This document shows positions 40,120-48,962 of a DNA stretch of 64,000 bases, one piece after another. The translations under genes and the position numbers were made by a program. A model generated the notes under the pieces. It was not told where the DNA came from. It ran no database searches and saw only the letters and a program-made list of their open reading frames with translations. The DNA comes from a virus (Duplodnaviria > Caudoviricetes): IMG/VR virus record IMGVR_UViG_3300005805_000072, positions 12,953 through 76,952 of that record. The stretch is one strand, 5' to 3'. The first letter of the stretch is position 1. Each line of letters begins with the position of its first letter.

Positions 40120-41589
40120 ATGGGAACTTTTTCACTAGTAGAACAACTTGAGAGCAAGTGGCAGCCCGTCATGGAGCATGACAGCCTCTCGCCTATCAAG
40201 GATAACTATCGCCGTGCAGTCACGGCAATCCTCCTGGAGAACCAGGAGCAAGCACTTCGCGAAGCAGCACCAGCCAACAATGTTGGTGCCGCAGGCGCAC
40301 TAACTTACGATGGTGGTAACGGACTCGCAGGCTACGATCCCATCCTCATCTCGCTCGTTCGTCGCGCAATGCCAAACCTAATGGCATATGATGTTGCATC
40401 GGTTCAGCCAATGACCTCGCCAACTGGACTCATCTTCGCAATGAAGTCGAAGTACAACGGCAGGACAGATACCGAAGCCCTCATGCAGGAAGCATTCACT
40501 AGATTCTCCGGAACAACTGGCTACACAGGTGGTCTTGGTCCAACTGGTGAAGCCTCTTATACTGGCGACCCAATCTTCGGCTTTACGGGTTCAACAAATC
40601 CAAACGGAAACATTGGTTGGGAGCCTGGCTATGGAATGAGCCGCGAAATCGGTGAAAACCTCGGTGATGCTTCTAACAGCGATTTCAACACGATGGCATT
40701 CACCATTGAGCGTGCATCGGTCACTGCAAAGACTCGCGCACTCAAGGCAGAGTACACCATCGAACTCGCTCAGGATCTCAAGGCTATTCACGGTCTTGAT
40801 GCCGAAACCGAACTCGCCAACATTCTCAGCACGGAAATCCTTGCTGAAATCAACCGCGAGACAGTTCGTTCGATCTATGCAACCGCAGTTCTTGGCGCAC
40901 AGAATAACGATCTCTTCTACAAGAGTGGCGTAACATATAACTTTGTCACTGGTGCTTCTAGCACAGGAACAGCAGGTGCTGATTTCTTCAATCCAGGTGG
41001 CGTTTATGACCTCATCAAGGACTCTGATGGTCGTTGGTCGGCAGAGAAGTTCCGCGGACTCATGTTCCAGATTGAGCGCGAGGCAAACACCATTGCCAAG
41101 CAGACCCGTCGTGGAAAGGGCAACTTCATCATCTGCTCGTCGGATGTTGCTTCTGCCCTTGCAATGGGTGGCTTCCTTAACATCAGCCCAGCACTCAATG
41201 TCAACCTTGATGTCGATGACACTGGCAATACCTTCGTCGGTGTTCTCAATGGCAAGATCAAGGTCTATGTTGATCCCTACTCGGGCGTTGGTCTTAACAC
41301 CTCTGCCCGCGACTTCGTGTGCGTTGGATACAAGGGAACTTCGCCATACGATGCAGGACTCTTCTACTGCCCCTACATCCCACTACAGATGGTTCGTGCA
41401 ATCAATCCAAGCACCTTCCAGCCCAAGATCGGGTTCAAGACCCGCTACGGCATGGCAGTGAATCCATTGCTTGCAGTCAATCAGCCTTCAACCAATGTGG
41501 ATGTTGCAAGCAACTACCGCAAGAACATCTACTACCGCATCTTCCGCGTGGATAACCTCCACGGAGTTGCTCAGAACTACGTCGGCTAA
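40120..41589 (+). CDS. gp23: Major capsid protein
   Basis: YDPILISLVRRAMPNLMAYDVASVQPMTSPTGLIFAM; TAKTRALKAEYTIELAQDLKAIHGLDAETELANILSTEI; FQPKIGFKTRYG. Confidence 0.98.
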   Translation: MGTFSLVEQLESKWQPVMEHDSLSPIKDNYRRAVTAILLENQEQALREAAPANNVGAAGALTYDGGNGLAGYDPILISLVRRAMPNLMAYDVASVQPMTSPTGLIFAMKSKYNGRTDTEALMQEAFTRFSGTTGYTGGLGPTGEASYTGDPIFGFTGSTNPNGNIGWEPGYGMSREIGENLGDASNSDFNTMAFTIERASVTAKTRALKAEYTIELAQDLKAIHGLDAETELANILSTEILAEINRETVRSIYATAVLGAQNNDLFYKSGVTYNFVTGASSTGTAGADFFNPGGVYDLIKDSDGRWSAEKFRGLMFQIEREANTIAKQTRRGKGNFIICSSDVASALAMGGFLNISPALNVNLDVDDTGNTFVGVLNGKIKVYVDPYSGVGLNTSARDFVCVGYKGTSPYDAGLFYCPYIPLQMVRAINPSTFQPKIGFKTRYGMAVNPLLAVNQPSTNVDVASNYRKNIYYRIFRVDNLHGVAQNYVG

Positions 41590-41612
41590 TAGCCGTAGTT
41601 CTAATGATCACG

Positions 41613-41648
41613 AAGTCGGGGGGAGAAATCCCCCCGACTTTCTTTTTG
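41613..41648 (+). terminator. Rho-independent terminator after gp23
   Basis: Perfect 12-bp stem AAGTCGGGGGGA / TCCCCCCGACTT with GAAA loop, followed by TCTTTTT. Confidence 0.9.
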
Positions 41649-41652
41649 GGAG

Positions 41653-41659
41653 ATAAATA
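41653..41659 (+). promoter_or_regulatory. Late promoter upstream of gp3
   Basis: ATAAATA directly after the gp23 terminator. Confidence 0.6.
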
Positions 41660-41664
41660 GAGAT

Positions 41665-42219
41665 ATGACTAGCAGCCAATACAACATACCTCTCATAAAT
41701 CAGACAGGTCTGAACTATAATCCGATCATTCGTGATGCTGATACCACGAATCCGATGTTGGACACTCATTTCAAGTTGACCTTTAGTAGAATCCCGAACA
41801 TGACATTTTGGTGTACATCGGTGAACATACCATCAATAAGTATCGGTGACATAGCCATTCCAAACAAGTTTCTTCCCCTTCATGTTCCTGGTTCATCCAT
41901 TCAAGAGGAAGATTTCAAGATATCATTCATCGTGGATGAGGAATTTTCAAACTGGAATGAGATATACAAATGGATGCATCAGATAGTTCCATTCGAAGAC
42001 TTTACTGAGATACTCAAGAATGATGCAAACTATTATTCTGATGCAACCATCCATTGTCTCAATAGCGCAAAGAGACCAAATGTAAACTTTGTCTTTCATA
42101 AGTTGTTTCCCGTATCAATCGATGGGTTTGACTTGAGTACAATGCTTACCGATAGCAGCCCAATCACTATAAATGCCACATTCTCATATGAATCGTTTTC
42201 AATGATGAAGGCTACTTGA
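41665..42219 (+). CDS. gp3: Tail completion / tube terminator protein (gp3-like)
   Basis: FKLTFSRIPNMTFWCTSVNIPSISIG; FIVDEEFSNWNEIYKWM; LFPVSIDG; position after gp23. Confidence 0.8.
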   Translation: MTSSQYNIPLINQTGLNYNPIIRDADTTNPMLDTHFKLTFSRIPNMTFWCTSVNIPSISIGDIAIPNKFLPLHVPGSSIQEEDFKISFIVDEEFSNWNEIYKWMHQIVPFEDFTEILKNDANYYSDATIHCLNSAKRPNVNFVFHKLFPVSIDGFDLSTMLTDSSPITINATFSYESFSMMKAT

Positions 42220-42243
42220 CTTATTCAAAGACTGTGCTATAGT
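42216..42243 (+). promoter_or_regulatory. Sigma70-type promoter of uvsY (probably leaderless)
   Basis: TTGACT-N16-TATAGT with TG extension; ATG begins 7 nt after the -10 box. Confidence 0.7.
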
Positions 42244-42249
42244 TTTGTC

Positions 42250-42684
42250 ATGGATATTGATACAATCAAGAAGATGGTCGAACAGGACATGCAGATAGAT
42301 GACCTGAACCTCGACCTAGAATCCCTCAAGACTCCACAACTTCACGGCAAGTACCTCAATCTGTTACATGAGGAATCTCTTGTCCTACACAAGTATCACA
42401 TTCAACAGAAGGAACTCCGTAGACTCAAGTGGGAATACTACTTGGGCAAACTGGATCAGGAAACCCTTGACGAGAAGGGTTGGCAACCTTTTGGTCTGAA
42501 GATTCTTCGCACGGACATCGATGTATACCTTGAGTCGGACAAGGATCTCCTGTCTCTTGAGGCTCGGATACACTATCAGCGCGAGAAGGTCAAGTACCTT
42601 GAATCAGTGCTACAGGGATTGGGTCGCCGTGGGTGGGACATCAAATCCGCAATCGAATGGAAGAAGTTCATGAGTGGTGCCTGA
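42250..42684 (+). CDS. uvsY: Recombination mediator UvsY
   Basis: DMQIDDLNLDLESLKTPQLHGKYL; WEYYLGK; RGWDIKSAIEWKKFMSG. Confidence 0.92.
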   Translation: MDIDTIKKMVEQDMQIDDLNLDLESLKTPQLHGKYLNLLHEESLVLHKYHIQQKELRRLKWEYYLGKLDQETLDEKGWQPFGLKILRTDIDVYLESDKDLLSLEARIHYQREKVKYLESVLQGLGRRGWDIKSAIEWKKFMSGA

Positions 42685-43184
42685 TGAAGATCGTCACAGA
42701 AGGCATTCACAGGGTCTACCTTCGTCAGGCATACATCCATGCACAGTCACGAAGCGAAGATCCCAATACACAGAATGGGGCTTTGATTGTATTTCCATCA
42801 TCGGGAATCATAGCAGCAGATGCAAACCGCTATCCATCCATCCACGAACCCGCATATCAGAAGAAATATGACTACATCGAACATGCTGAAAGAGCAGTGA
42901 TATATCGGTGCGTTAGCAAGGGACTCACTACGCTCAACACGCATCTGTATTGTCCATTTATTGCCTGTCCAGAATGTGCAAGGGCAATCGTCATGGCAGG
43001 AATACGCAGGGTGGTTGGTCACAAGACCATTTGGGACATTATCCCTGATAGATGGAAGCCCAAGTGCAACATCGGAGTAAACATCCTTGAGGGAGCGGGG
43101 GTCGAGGTTCTGCTCTATCAGGGAAAGGTTTTGAACGAGGGAGAGTTCAAGATTAGGTTCAACGGAGAAGACATAGAACCATAA
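42684..43184 (+). CDS. dCMP deaminase-like zinc-dependent deaminase (start at ATG 42684)
   Basis: SEDPNTQNGALIV; HAE and CPEC zinc motifs; ARAIVMAGIRRVV. Confidence 0.85.
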   Translation: MKIVTEGIHRVYLRQAYIHAQSRSEDPNTQNGALIVFPSSGIIAADANRYPSIHEPAYQKKYDYIEHAERAVIYRCVSKGLTTLNTHLYCPFIACPECARAIVMAGIRRVVGHKTIWDIIPDRWKPKCNIGVNILEGAGVEVLLYQGKVLNEGEFKIRFNGEDIEP

Positions 43185-43187
43185 ATA
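43181..43187 (+). promoter_or_regulatory. Late promoter upstream of uvsW
   Basis: ATAAATA at the junction, 5 nt before the ATG. Confidence 0.55.
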
Positions 43188-43192
43188 TCTGC

Positions 43193-44683
43193 ATGGATAC
43201 ATTGGTTCTTGAAGATGTTGATTCCGTGTTTATCCGTGTGCGTTGTGAGAGGGGAACCGCTAAGGAGTTGAGCGACTGCTTCTCCTTCAAGGTTCCAAAC
43301 CACAAGTACATGTCGCGCTTCCGCAAGACGCGGTGGAGTGGCGATATCAAACTATACAACATAGGCAAGGCAACGATCTACCGAGGTCTGAAGAACTATG
43401 TCACGAAGTTCGCAGCAGACCGTGGCTATCATGTCGAGAACAATCTAACTCCATCCAACAAGATTCCCCTCAGCCCCGATGATGTTGATGCATTGTTTGA
43501 GCGATGTGTTGGAAAGGCATCGGGCATTTCCTCTCTGCACGATCATCAGCGGGATGCCATCGTCAAGGCAACAGAAACATCTAGAATCCTCCTGGTATCT
43601 CCGACAGGCAGCGGCAAGTCGATGATCATCTACCTGCTGGTGAGGCATCTGCTTGAAAATACAGAGGGCAAGGTATTGATCGTCGTTCCAACGATAGGTC
43701 TTGTCACTCAGATGGCAAGCGATTTTGAACTCTATGCCAAGGGAACGGATTGGAAAGTCTCCAAGAACTGCCATGCAATCCATGCAGGAAAAGACAAGGA
43801 CACGAACAAGCGTGTGGTGATTACTACATGGCAATCCATCTTCAAGCAACCGAGATCATGGTTTGATCAGTTCTCTGCTGCATTCGGGGACGAGTGCCAT
43901 ATGTTCAAGGCAAAGTCACTTAGCGGAATCATGGAGAAACTTGTCAACTGCAATCATAGGATCGGAACGACAGGCACACTTGATGGAATGCAATGTCACA
44001 AGTTGATAATCGAAGGTCTGTTTGGTCCTTCCTATCATGTCACTTCCACCAAGAAACTGATCGACAAGAACATACTGTCAAGCCTAAAGATAGACGCAAT
44101 CCTCCTTCAGTACAATGAGGAGGACAGACGCACCATGAGCAAGCATAACTATAGTGACGAGATGCTGTGGCTCGTTCATAATGCCAAGAGAAACAAGTTC
44201 ATAACGGATCTAGCCCATACGCTCAAGGGCAATACATTGATTCTTTTTCAGTATGTTGAGAAGCACGGCAAGGTTCTATATGACCTCGCAAGAAAGAATG
44301 ACAAGCGAAAGGTATTCTTTGTTCATGGTGGGACGGATGTGGAGGATCGCGAGGCTGTACGCAAGATCCTTGAGGAGAATGACTCTTGCATTGTGGTTGC
44401 ATCGTATGGTACATTCTCGACGGGTATTTCGATAAAGAGACTGCACAACATCATATTCGCATCGCCAAGCAAGTCGAGGATACGAGTATTGCAGTCGATA
44501 GGAAGACAACTGCGCGTTTCGGAACACAAGCAGTTTGCAAAGTTGTACGATATTGGAGATGATCTATCATGGAAGACAAGAAAGAATCACACTCTTCGGC
44601 ATTTCTCCGAAAGAATCAAAATCTATCGGTCGGAAAAGTTCGAGTTTCGACCGATCATGCTAAAGATGGAGAACCTCCAATGA
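43193..44683 (+). CDS. uvsW: SF2 helicase UvsW
   Basis: SPTGSGKS; DECH; FASPSKSRIRVLQSIGRQLR. Confidence 0.96.
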   Translation: MDTLVLEDVDSVFIRVRCERGTAKELSDCFSFKVPNHKYMSRFRKTRWSGDIKLYNIGKATIYRGLKNYVTKFAADRGYHVENNLTPSNKIPLSPDDVDALFERCVGKASGISSLHDHQRDAIVKATETSRILLVSPTGSGKSMIIYLLVRHLLENTEGKVLIVVPTIGLVTQMASDFELYAKGTDWKVSKNCHAIHAGKDKDTNKRVVITTWQSIFKQPRSWFDQFSAAFGDECHMFKAKSLSGIMEKLVNCNHRIGTTGTLDGMQCHKLIIEGLFGPSYHVTSTKKLIDKNILSSLKIDAILLQYNEEDRRTMSKHNYSDEMLWLVHNAKRNKFITDLAHTLKGNTLILFQYVEKHGKVLYDLARKNDKRKVFFVHGGTDVEDREAVRKILEENDSCIVVASYGTFSTGISIKRLHNIIFASPSKSRIRVLQSIGRQLRVSEHKQFAKLYDIGDDLSWKTRKNHTLRHFSERIKIYRSEKFEFRPIMLKMENLQ

Positions 44684-45429
44684 AGGACTATATTCTCATC
44701 AAGTTGAGATCTGGCGAGGAAATCATCGCAAACCTGATGTCAAAAAACAGGAATGGGATCAAGGTTCTTCGTCCGATGCAGATACGCCAGGTTCCATTCA
44801 TGGATCATCTCACTGGTTCCCTAAAGGCTGCTGTGGTGATGGAGAACTGGATAGGCAGGACAAATGAGAATGAAGTCACCATACCTAACAACTGGATTGG
44901 AATCAAAATGCCCCCATCGCAGGAGGTGATTGATGCCTATGAAAAGTACATGATTCGGGAAGATACCCCCGTTGAGTCAGTCAAGGTAGATCCTCCCCTG
45001 TCTGAAAAGGAAGCAAGTGAGTTCAAGCGTCTTGAGGACGAGATGAGCAAGATGCTTTCTGATATGGCTACGAACGCAGGAATATCTCCACCTCAAATGG
45101 AGGGGATGGACAAGTTCATGGCAAGCATGGACAAGCAGGACAGCAAGGATACCGTGATAGTCAACTTCATGTTTCCTGCGAATGTCTTCAAGAACATGAT
45201 GGAAGAGGGTCTGATAGAGGACTTCCTTACTGCTGGATTGTCATATCAGGATGACAATGGCGATGACTCGGATGAGGACGATCTTGAGGATGATGTTGAC
45301 CTCAAGCCAAAGCCTAAGAAGAAAGACAAGTCCATCAAAGAGAACAATATCGATCTGAATGAGAAGGGTGACGAGCCGTGGGGGAATAGTTATCGTGATT
45401 GGAGTTCCAATCCCAATGACTATCTCTAA
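44680..45429 (+). CDS. Hypothetical protein with Sm-like N-terminal domain and acidic tail (start at ATG 44680)
   Basis: ILIKLRSGEEIIA...W.....NEVTIP pattern typical of the gene between uvsW and gp55. Confidence 0.7.
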   Translation: MKDYILIKLRSGEEIIANLMSKNRNGIKVLRPMQIRQVPFMDHLTGSLKAAVVMENWIGRTNENEVTIPNNWIGIKMPPSQEVIDAYEKYMIREDTPVESVKVDPPLSEKEASEFKRLEDEMSKMLSDMATNAGISPPQMEGMDKFMASMDKQDSKDTVIVNFMFPANVFKNMMEEGLIEDFLTAGLSYQDDNGDDSDEDDLEDDVDLKPKPKKKDKSIKENNIDLNEKGDEPWGNSYRDWSSNPNDYL

Positions 45430-45459
45430 GAACACTTCTTGATCAAACCCGACACAGTC

Positions 45460-45488
45460 AAGTTACCAATCTCGTTTTCATCTGTCAA
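45460..45488 (-). promoter_or_regulatory. Candidate antisense sigma70 promoter
   Basis: Minus strand reads TTGACA-N17-TAACTT with TGn extension, inside the 145-bp intergenic gap. Confidence 0.45.
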
Positions 45489-45518
45489 CAACATTCGAGA
45501 AGAATCTAAAGTGGCTCC

Positions 45519-45546
45519 TTGCTTTCGTCCGATGACGGTGTACTAT
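45519..45546 (+). promoter_or_regulatory. Sigma70-type promoter of gp55
   Basis: TTGCTT-N16-TACTAT followed by AAGGAG RBS. Confidence 0.6.
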
Positions 45547-45574
45547 GTTCTCACAAGCAAAGGAGATAACATGA

Positions 45575-46141
45575 ATGAGTGACAGCCACTATATCGACAA
45601 CAAGGTGTTCTATGCGGAAATGGTGAAGTGGAAGAAGGAATGGAACAAGGCTCAAAAGGCTAATCTTCCTCTTCCTCCCGTGACGAACTACATCGGGCAA
45701 TGCTTCCTCACCATCGCAGAGCGTCTTTCGTACAGACCAAACTTCATCAACTATCCATATCGCGACGAGATGGTGGGGGACGGCATAGAGAACTGCCTGA
45801 TGTATGCGGCAAACTTCAATCCCCGCAAGTCAAAGAATCCGTTCTCGTATTTCACACAGATCATCTACTATGCCTTCGTTCGCAGGATACAGAAGGAAAA
45901 GAAGCAGAACTACATCAAGTTCAAGAGCATTGAACTTGCCCATGCACACGGCAGAATCCCAAAGTGGCTGAGTGACATCTACCATGACGAGCAGAAGGTG
46001 CAGGAGTTCTTCAAGTCTTTGTCCCTCACTGACCTTGACCTAGAGAACTTTGAAGGCAAGAAGAAAGAAAAAGAAGTCGCGGTGGCAGTCAAGCCTGAGA
46101 AGCCAAAGAAGAAGACCACCAAAAAGAAGCCAAAGAAATGA
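45575..46141 (+). CDS. gp55: Late-transcription sigma factor
   Basis: HYIDNKVFY; YIGQCFLTIAERLSYRPNFINYPYRDEMVGDGIENCLMY; NPFSYFTQIIYYAFVRRIQKEKKQ. Confidence 0.96.
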   Translation: MSDSHYIDNKVFYAEMVKWKKEWNKAQKANLPLPPVTNYIGQCFLTIAERLSYRPNFINYPYRDEMVGDGIENCLMYAANFNPRKSKNPFSYFTQIIYYAFVRRIQKEKKQNYIKFKSIELAHAHGRIPKWLSDIYHDEQKVQEFFKSLSLTDLDLENFEGKKKEKEVAVAVKPEKPKKKTTKKKPKK

Positions 46142-47190
46142 AGATTGCAATCGTAACAGACACGCACTTCGGATTCAAGAATGACTCGCCAATCTTTCTT
46201 GAGGCTTACCTCAACTTCTTTGAGGAGCAGTTCTTTCCCTATCTTCTCAAGAACAACATCAAGACTGTCATTCACATGGGGGACATTCTTGACCGCAGGA
46301 AGTACATCAACTTCAACACCCTGCGGCAGGTTCGAAAGAGGTTCACGAACTGGTTCGTGGAGAATGGAATAGAAGTCCATTGTGTGATTGGAAACCATGA
46401 CTGCTATTGGAAGAACACCAATGAGGTCAACTCAGTCGTGGAGATATTCGGAGATCACTTCAAGGTCTATGAGAATCCCACCGATGTAATCCTTGACGGG
46501 ATGATCTGTGGATTTGTTCCCTGGATATCGAAGGAGAATGCTGCTGAGATTGAGGAATACATCCGTCATAGCGATGCCGACTGCCTATTTGGACATTTTG
46601 AGATCACGGGGTATGAGGTGGTGAGGGGAGTCAAGCATGAGGGTGGGCTTGATCCAAGCATACTTCAGAGGTTCAAGACCGTCTATTCGGGGCATTTCCA
46701 CTGCAAGCAGCAGAGTGGAAATGTGAACTATCTTGGCAATCCATATCAGATGTTCTTCTCTGAGGTGGATGAGGTCAGGGGATTCCATGTGCTTGAAACG
46801 GTGGATGGTTCGATTGAGTTCATTGAGAACGATAAGAAACTATACCGCAGGGTATCCTATGATCTTGGCTTGGATGAGAATGGGCATGGAAACTTCAACT
46901 TCTTAAAGTACAAGAACTGCTTTGTTAGGTTGGTCGTGACCTCAAAGAAGAATCAGCCCAAGTTCGACATGTTCTGTGACCGTCTCTTTGAGGCAGGGAT
47001 CTATGACCTACAGATAGTCGAGAAGACCGAGCAAGAGGCTCCCGAGGAAGATGTGTATCTTTCCGACAAGGAACTTTCAAAGAACACAGTAGACCTTATG
47101 GACTCCTATATCGATGAACTCAAGATCGATGGTGGGAGCGATCTGAAGAACCTTATGCGGGAGATCTATACTGAAAGTTTGTCTGTCTAG
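46138..47190 (+). CDS. gp47: Recombination endonuclease (Mre11/SbcD-like)
   Basis: VTDTHFG; HMGDILD; IGNHD; SGHFH; YLGNPY. Confidence 0.96.
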   Translation: MKIAIVTDTHFGFKNDSPIFLEAYLNFFEEQFFPYLLKNNIKTVIHMGDILDRRKYINFNTLRQVRKRFTNWFVENGIEVHCVIGNHDCYWKNTNEVNSVVEIFGDHFKVYENPTDVILDGMICGFVPWISKENAAEIEEYIRHSDADCLFGHFEITGYEVVRGVKHEGGLDPSILQRFKTVYSGHFHCKQQSGNVNYLGNPYQMFFSEVDEVRGFHVLETVDGSIEFIENDKKLYRRVSYDLGLDENGHGNFNFLKYKNCFVRLVVTSKKNQPKFDMFCDRLFEAGIYDLQIVEKTEQEAPEEDVYLSDKELSKNTVDLMDSYIDELKIDGGSDLKNLMREIYTESLSV

Positions 47191-47194
47191 TTTC

Positions 47195-47201
47195 CTAAAT
47201 A
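47195..47201 (+). promoter_or_regulatory. Late promoter heading the island between gp47 and gp46
   Basis: CTAAATA just after the gp47 stop. Confidence 0.55.
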
Positions 47202-47219
47202 TTGGAAACTGGAGGACAG

Positions 47220-48053
47220 ATGGACAGGAATATTCGCGAGGATCTTCGCAAATGGTTCAGTAAATCCCACCCCGAGGGTGGATGGAAGCGCATCAACAGC
47301 AAGGGAGAGGCAATCGGTCCCTGTGCGCGTGAACCTGGCGAGCCAAAGCCAAAGTGCATGTCCAACAGGAAGCGGCGGCAACTTTCCAAAAGGAAGAGAG
47401 CCGCTGCTGTCCGTACCAAACGAGAACATGATCCGAATCCCGAAAGGCAGGGTAAGCCCATTAACGTATCAAACTTTGGAAAAGGCAGAATAAGCGAAGA
47501 ATATGTCATTGATCCCAAGAACGATCTGATCGAATCGATGGATCTTCTGCTTGAGAAGAACAAGCCAACAAGCCCCGACAAGTGGGAGGATTGTGTCTCA
47601 CAAGCCCGATCCAAGTTCGATGTCTATCCATCGGCATATGCGAACGGATGGGCTGCTCAGTGCTATAAGCGCAAGGGTGGCAAGTGGAAGTCAATCGATG
47701 AAGAAAAGTTGTCTTTCCTTTCGTTCATTGATAAAGATGAGATTCTCTATGAGATGATGGAGTCTGCTGACAAGGATAGTATGCCTTGCAACAAACCAAG
47801 GACTTCAACCAGCGCGGGTAAGAAGAAAATGGTGAAGGCTTGTGAGGGCGGTCAGGAAAAGATCGTTCACTACGGGGCAAGTGGATATGGTCACAACTAT
47901 TCTCCTGCTGCAAGAAAGTCTTTCCGTGCGCGTCATTCCTGTGGTGAGAAAAAGAGCAAGTTAGGGGCGCAGTATTGGGCTTGCAAGGATCTTTGGGCTG
48001 GCAAGGGTGGATCGACAAAGTCTTGTCCCGAGGGTAGAAAGTGCAAATATTGA
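47220..48053 (+). CDS. Basic Cys-rich multi-module hypothetical protein (start at ATG 47220)
   Basis: GGAGG RBS at 47211-47215 after late motif CTAAATA; modules LRKWF...GPCAR...KPKC, KFDVYPSAYANGWAAQCYKRKGGKW, KIVHYG...KSFRARHSC...YWAC. Confidence 0.75.
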   Translation: MDRNIREDLRKWFSKSHPEGGWKRINSKGEAIGPCAREPGEPKPKCMSNRKRRQLSKRKRAAAVRTKREHDPNPERQGKPINVSNFGKGRISEEYVIDPKNDLIESMDLLLEKNKPTSPDKWEDCVSQARSKFDVYPSAYANGWAAQCYKRKGGKWKSIDEEKLSFLSFIDKDEILYEMMESADKDSMPCNKPRTSTSAGKKKMVKACEGGQEKIVHYGASGYGHNYSPAARKSFRARHSCGEKKSKLGAQYWACKDLWAGKGGSTKSCPEGRKCKY

Positions 48054-48068
48054 TTTAAGGATAATCCA

Positions 48069-48506
48069 ATGGCATTGACTAATCAAGATTTCACGATTGA
48101 AAAGGGAGCATCCTTCATCCTTGAGTTTGAACTCACACAGGATGACGGGACTTCCCTTGAACTGGCAAAGTTGAATGGATACAACTCATACGAACTGAAG
48201 GATTACTCCTTTCGCACTCAGTTTCGAAAGTCAAAATACCGTGGAATCACCGCGATATACACCATGTCAACCACCAACCTGTTGCAGATAGATGAAGAGC
48301 AGATGGGGAGGACAACCGATGGCTTCTATGTGATTGCATCGAAGCCAGGATATGTCAGGTTCGTCCTTACTCCATCCACAACAGCAAGCATCAAGTATGG
48401 TGATTATTTTTATGACATAGAGGTTGTTCGTGGAACAACAGGAAACTACGAAGTCACGAAGGCATTGTCTGGTCGAATGTCGATACAAGAGGAAGCCACC
48501 AAATAG
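48069..48506 (+). CDS. Beta-sandwich structural protein, paralogue 1
   Basis: DFTIEKGASFILEF...FRTQFRKS...LTPSTTASIKYGDYFYDIEV...LSGRMSIQEEATK. Confidence 0.7.
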   Translation: MALTNQDFTIEKGASFILEFELTQDDGTSLELAKLNGYNSYELKDYSFRTQFRKSKYRGITAIYTMSTTNLLQIDEEQMGRTTDGFYVIASKPGYVRFVLTPSTTASIKYGDYFYDIEVVRGTTGNYEVTKALSGRMSIQEEATK

Positions 48507-48515
48507 AGGAATATC

Positions 48516-48962
48516 ATGGCAGCACTGAACATCGACTTTACCATTGAGCAGGGTTCGACCTTTGTACTTGAGTTTCAAGTCTTTGATGACCTTCTACAGC
48601 CTCTTGGAATGCTTGAGTCCTATGTTGATGACTTCGGCACTCTTCTCTATGACTTCACCAACTACAAAGCAAGGATGAAGATAAAGAAGACAAAGTACAG
48701 GACTCCCGAGTTGTATGTTTGCGGAACTACTATGAACTACATCGTTCAACCAGGTTCCACCGCAGGATTTGTTTCTGATGGAATATACTTCGTCGGTGGT
48801 TCAACTGGTTCGATGCGGGTTGTGATTACGTCGGATTCTACTGCTTCATTCAAGGGAGGCAGGTATTTCTATGACCTTGAACTTGTTGAAGATGATGGTG
48901 GAGAGATAGTGTCCAAACTATTGTCGGGAAAATTTGAAGTCGAGGCAGAGGCAACCAGATGA
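48516..48962 (+). CDS. Beta-sandwich structural protein, paralogue 2
   Basis: DFTIEQGSTFVLEF...ARMKIKKT...ITSDSTASFKGGRYFYDLEL...LLSGKFEVEAEATR; colinear with the previous ORF. Confidence 0.7.
   Translation: MAALNIDFTIEQGSTFVLEFQVFDDLLQPLGMLESYVDDFGTLLYDFTNYKARMKIKKTKYRTPELYVCGTTMNYIVQPGSTAGFVSDGIYFVGGSTGSMRVVITSDSTASFKGGRYFYDLELVEDDGGEIVSKLLSGKFEVEAEATR

Noticed and set aside
45241-45435. 64-aa minus-strand ORF downstream of the antisense promoter
   Set aside because: Its hydrophobic sequence is the antisense mirror of an Asp/Glu/Lys-rich tail and has no clear RBS; any transcript is more likely non-coding.
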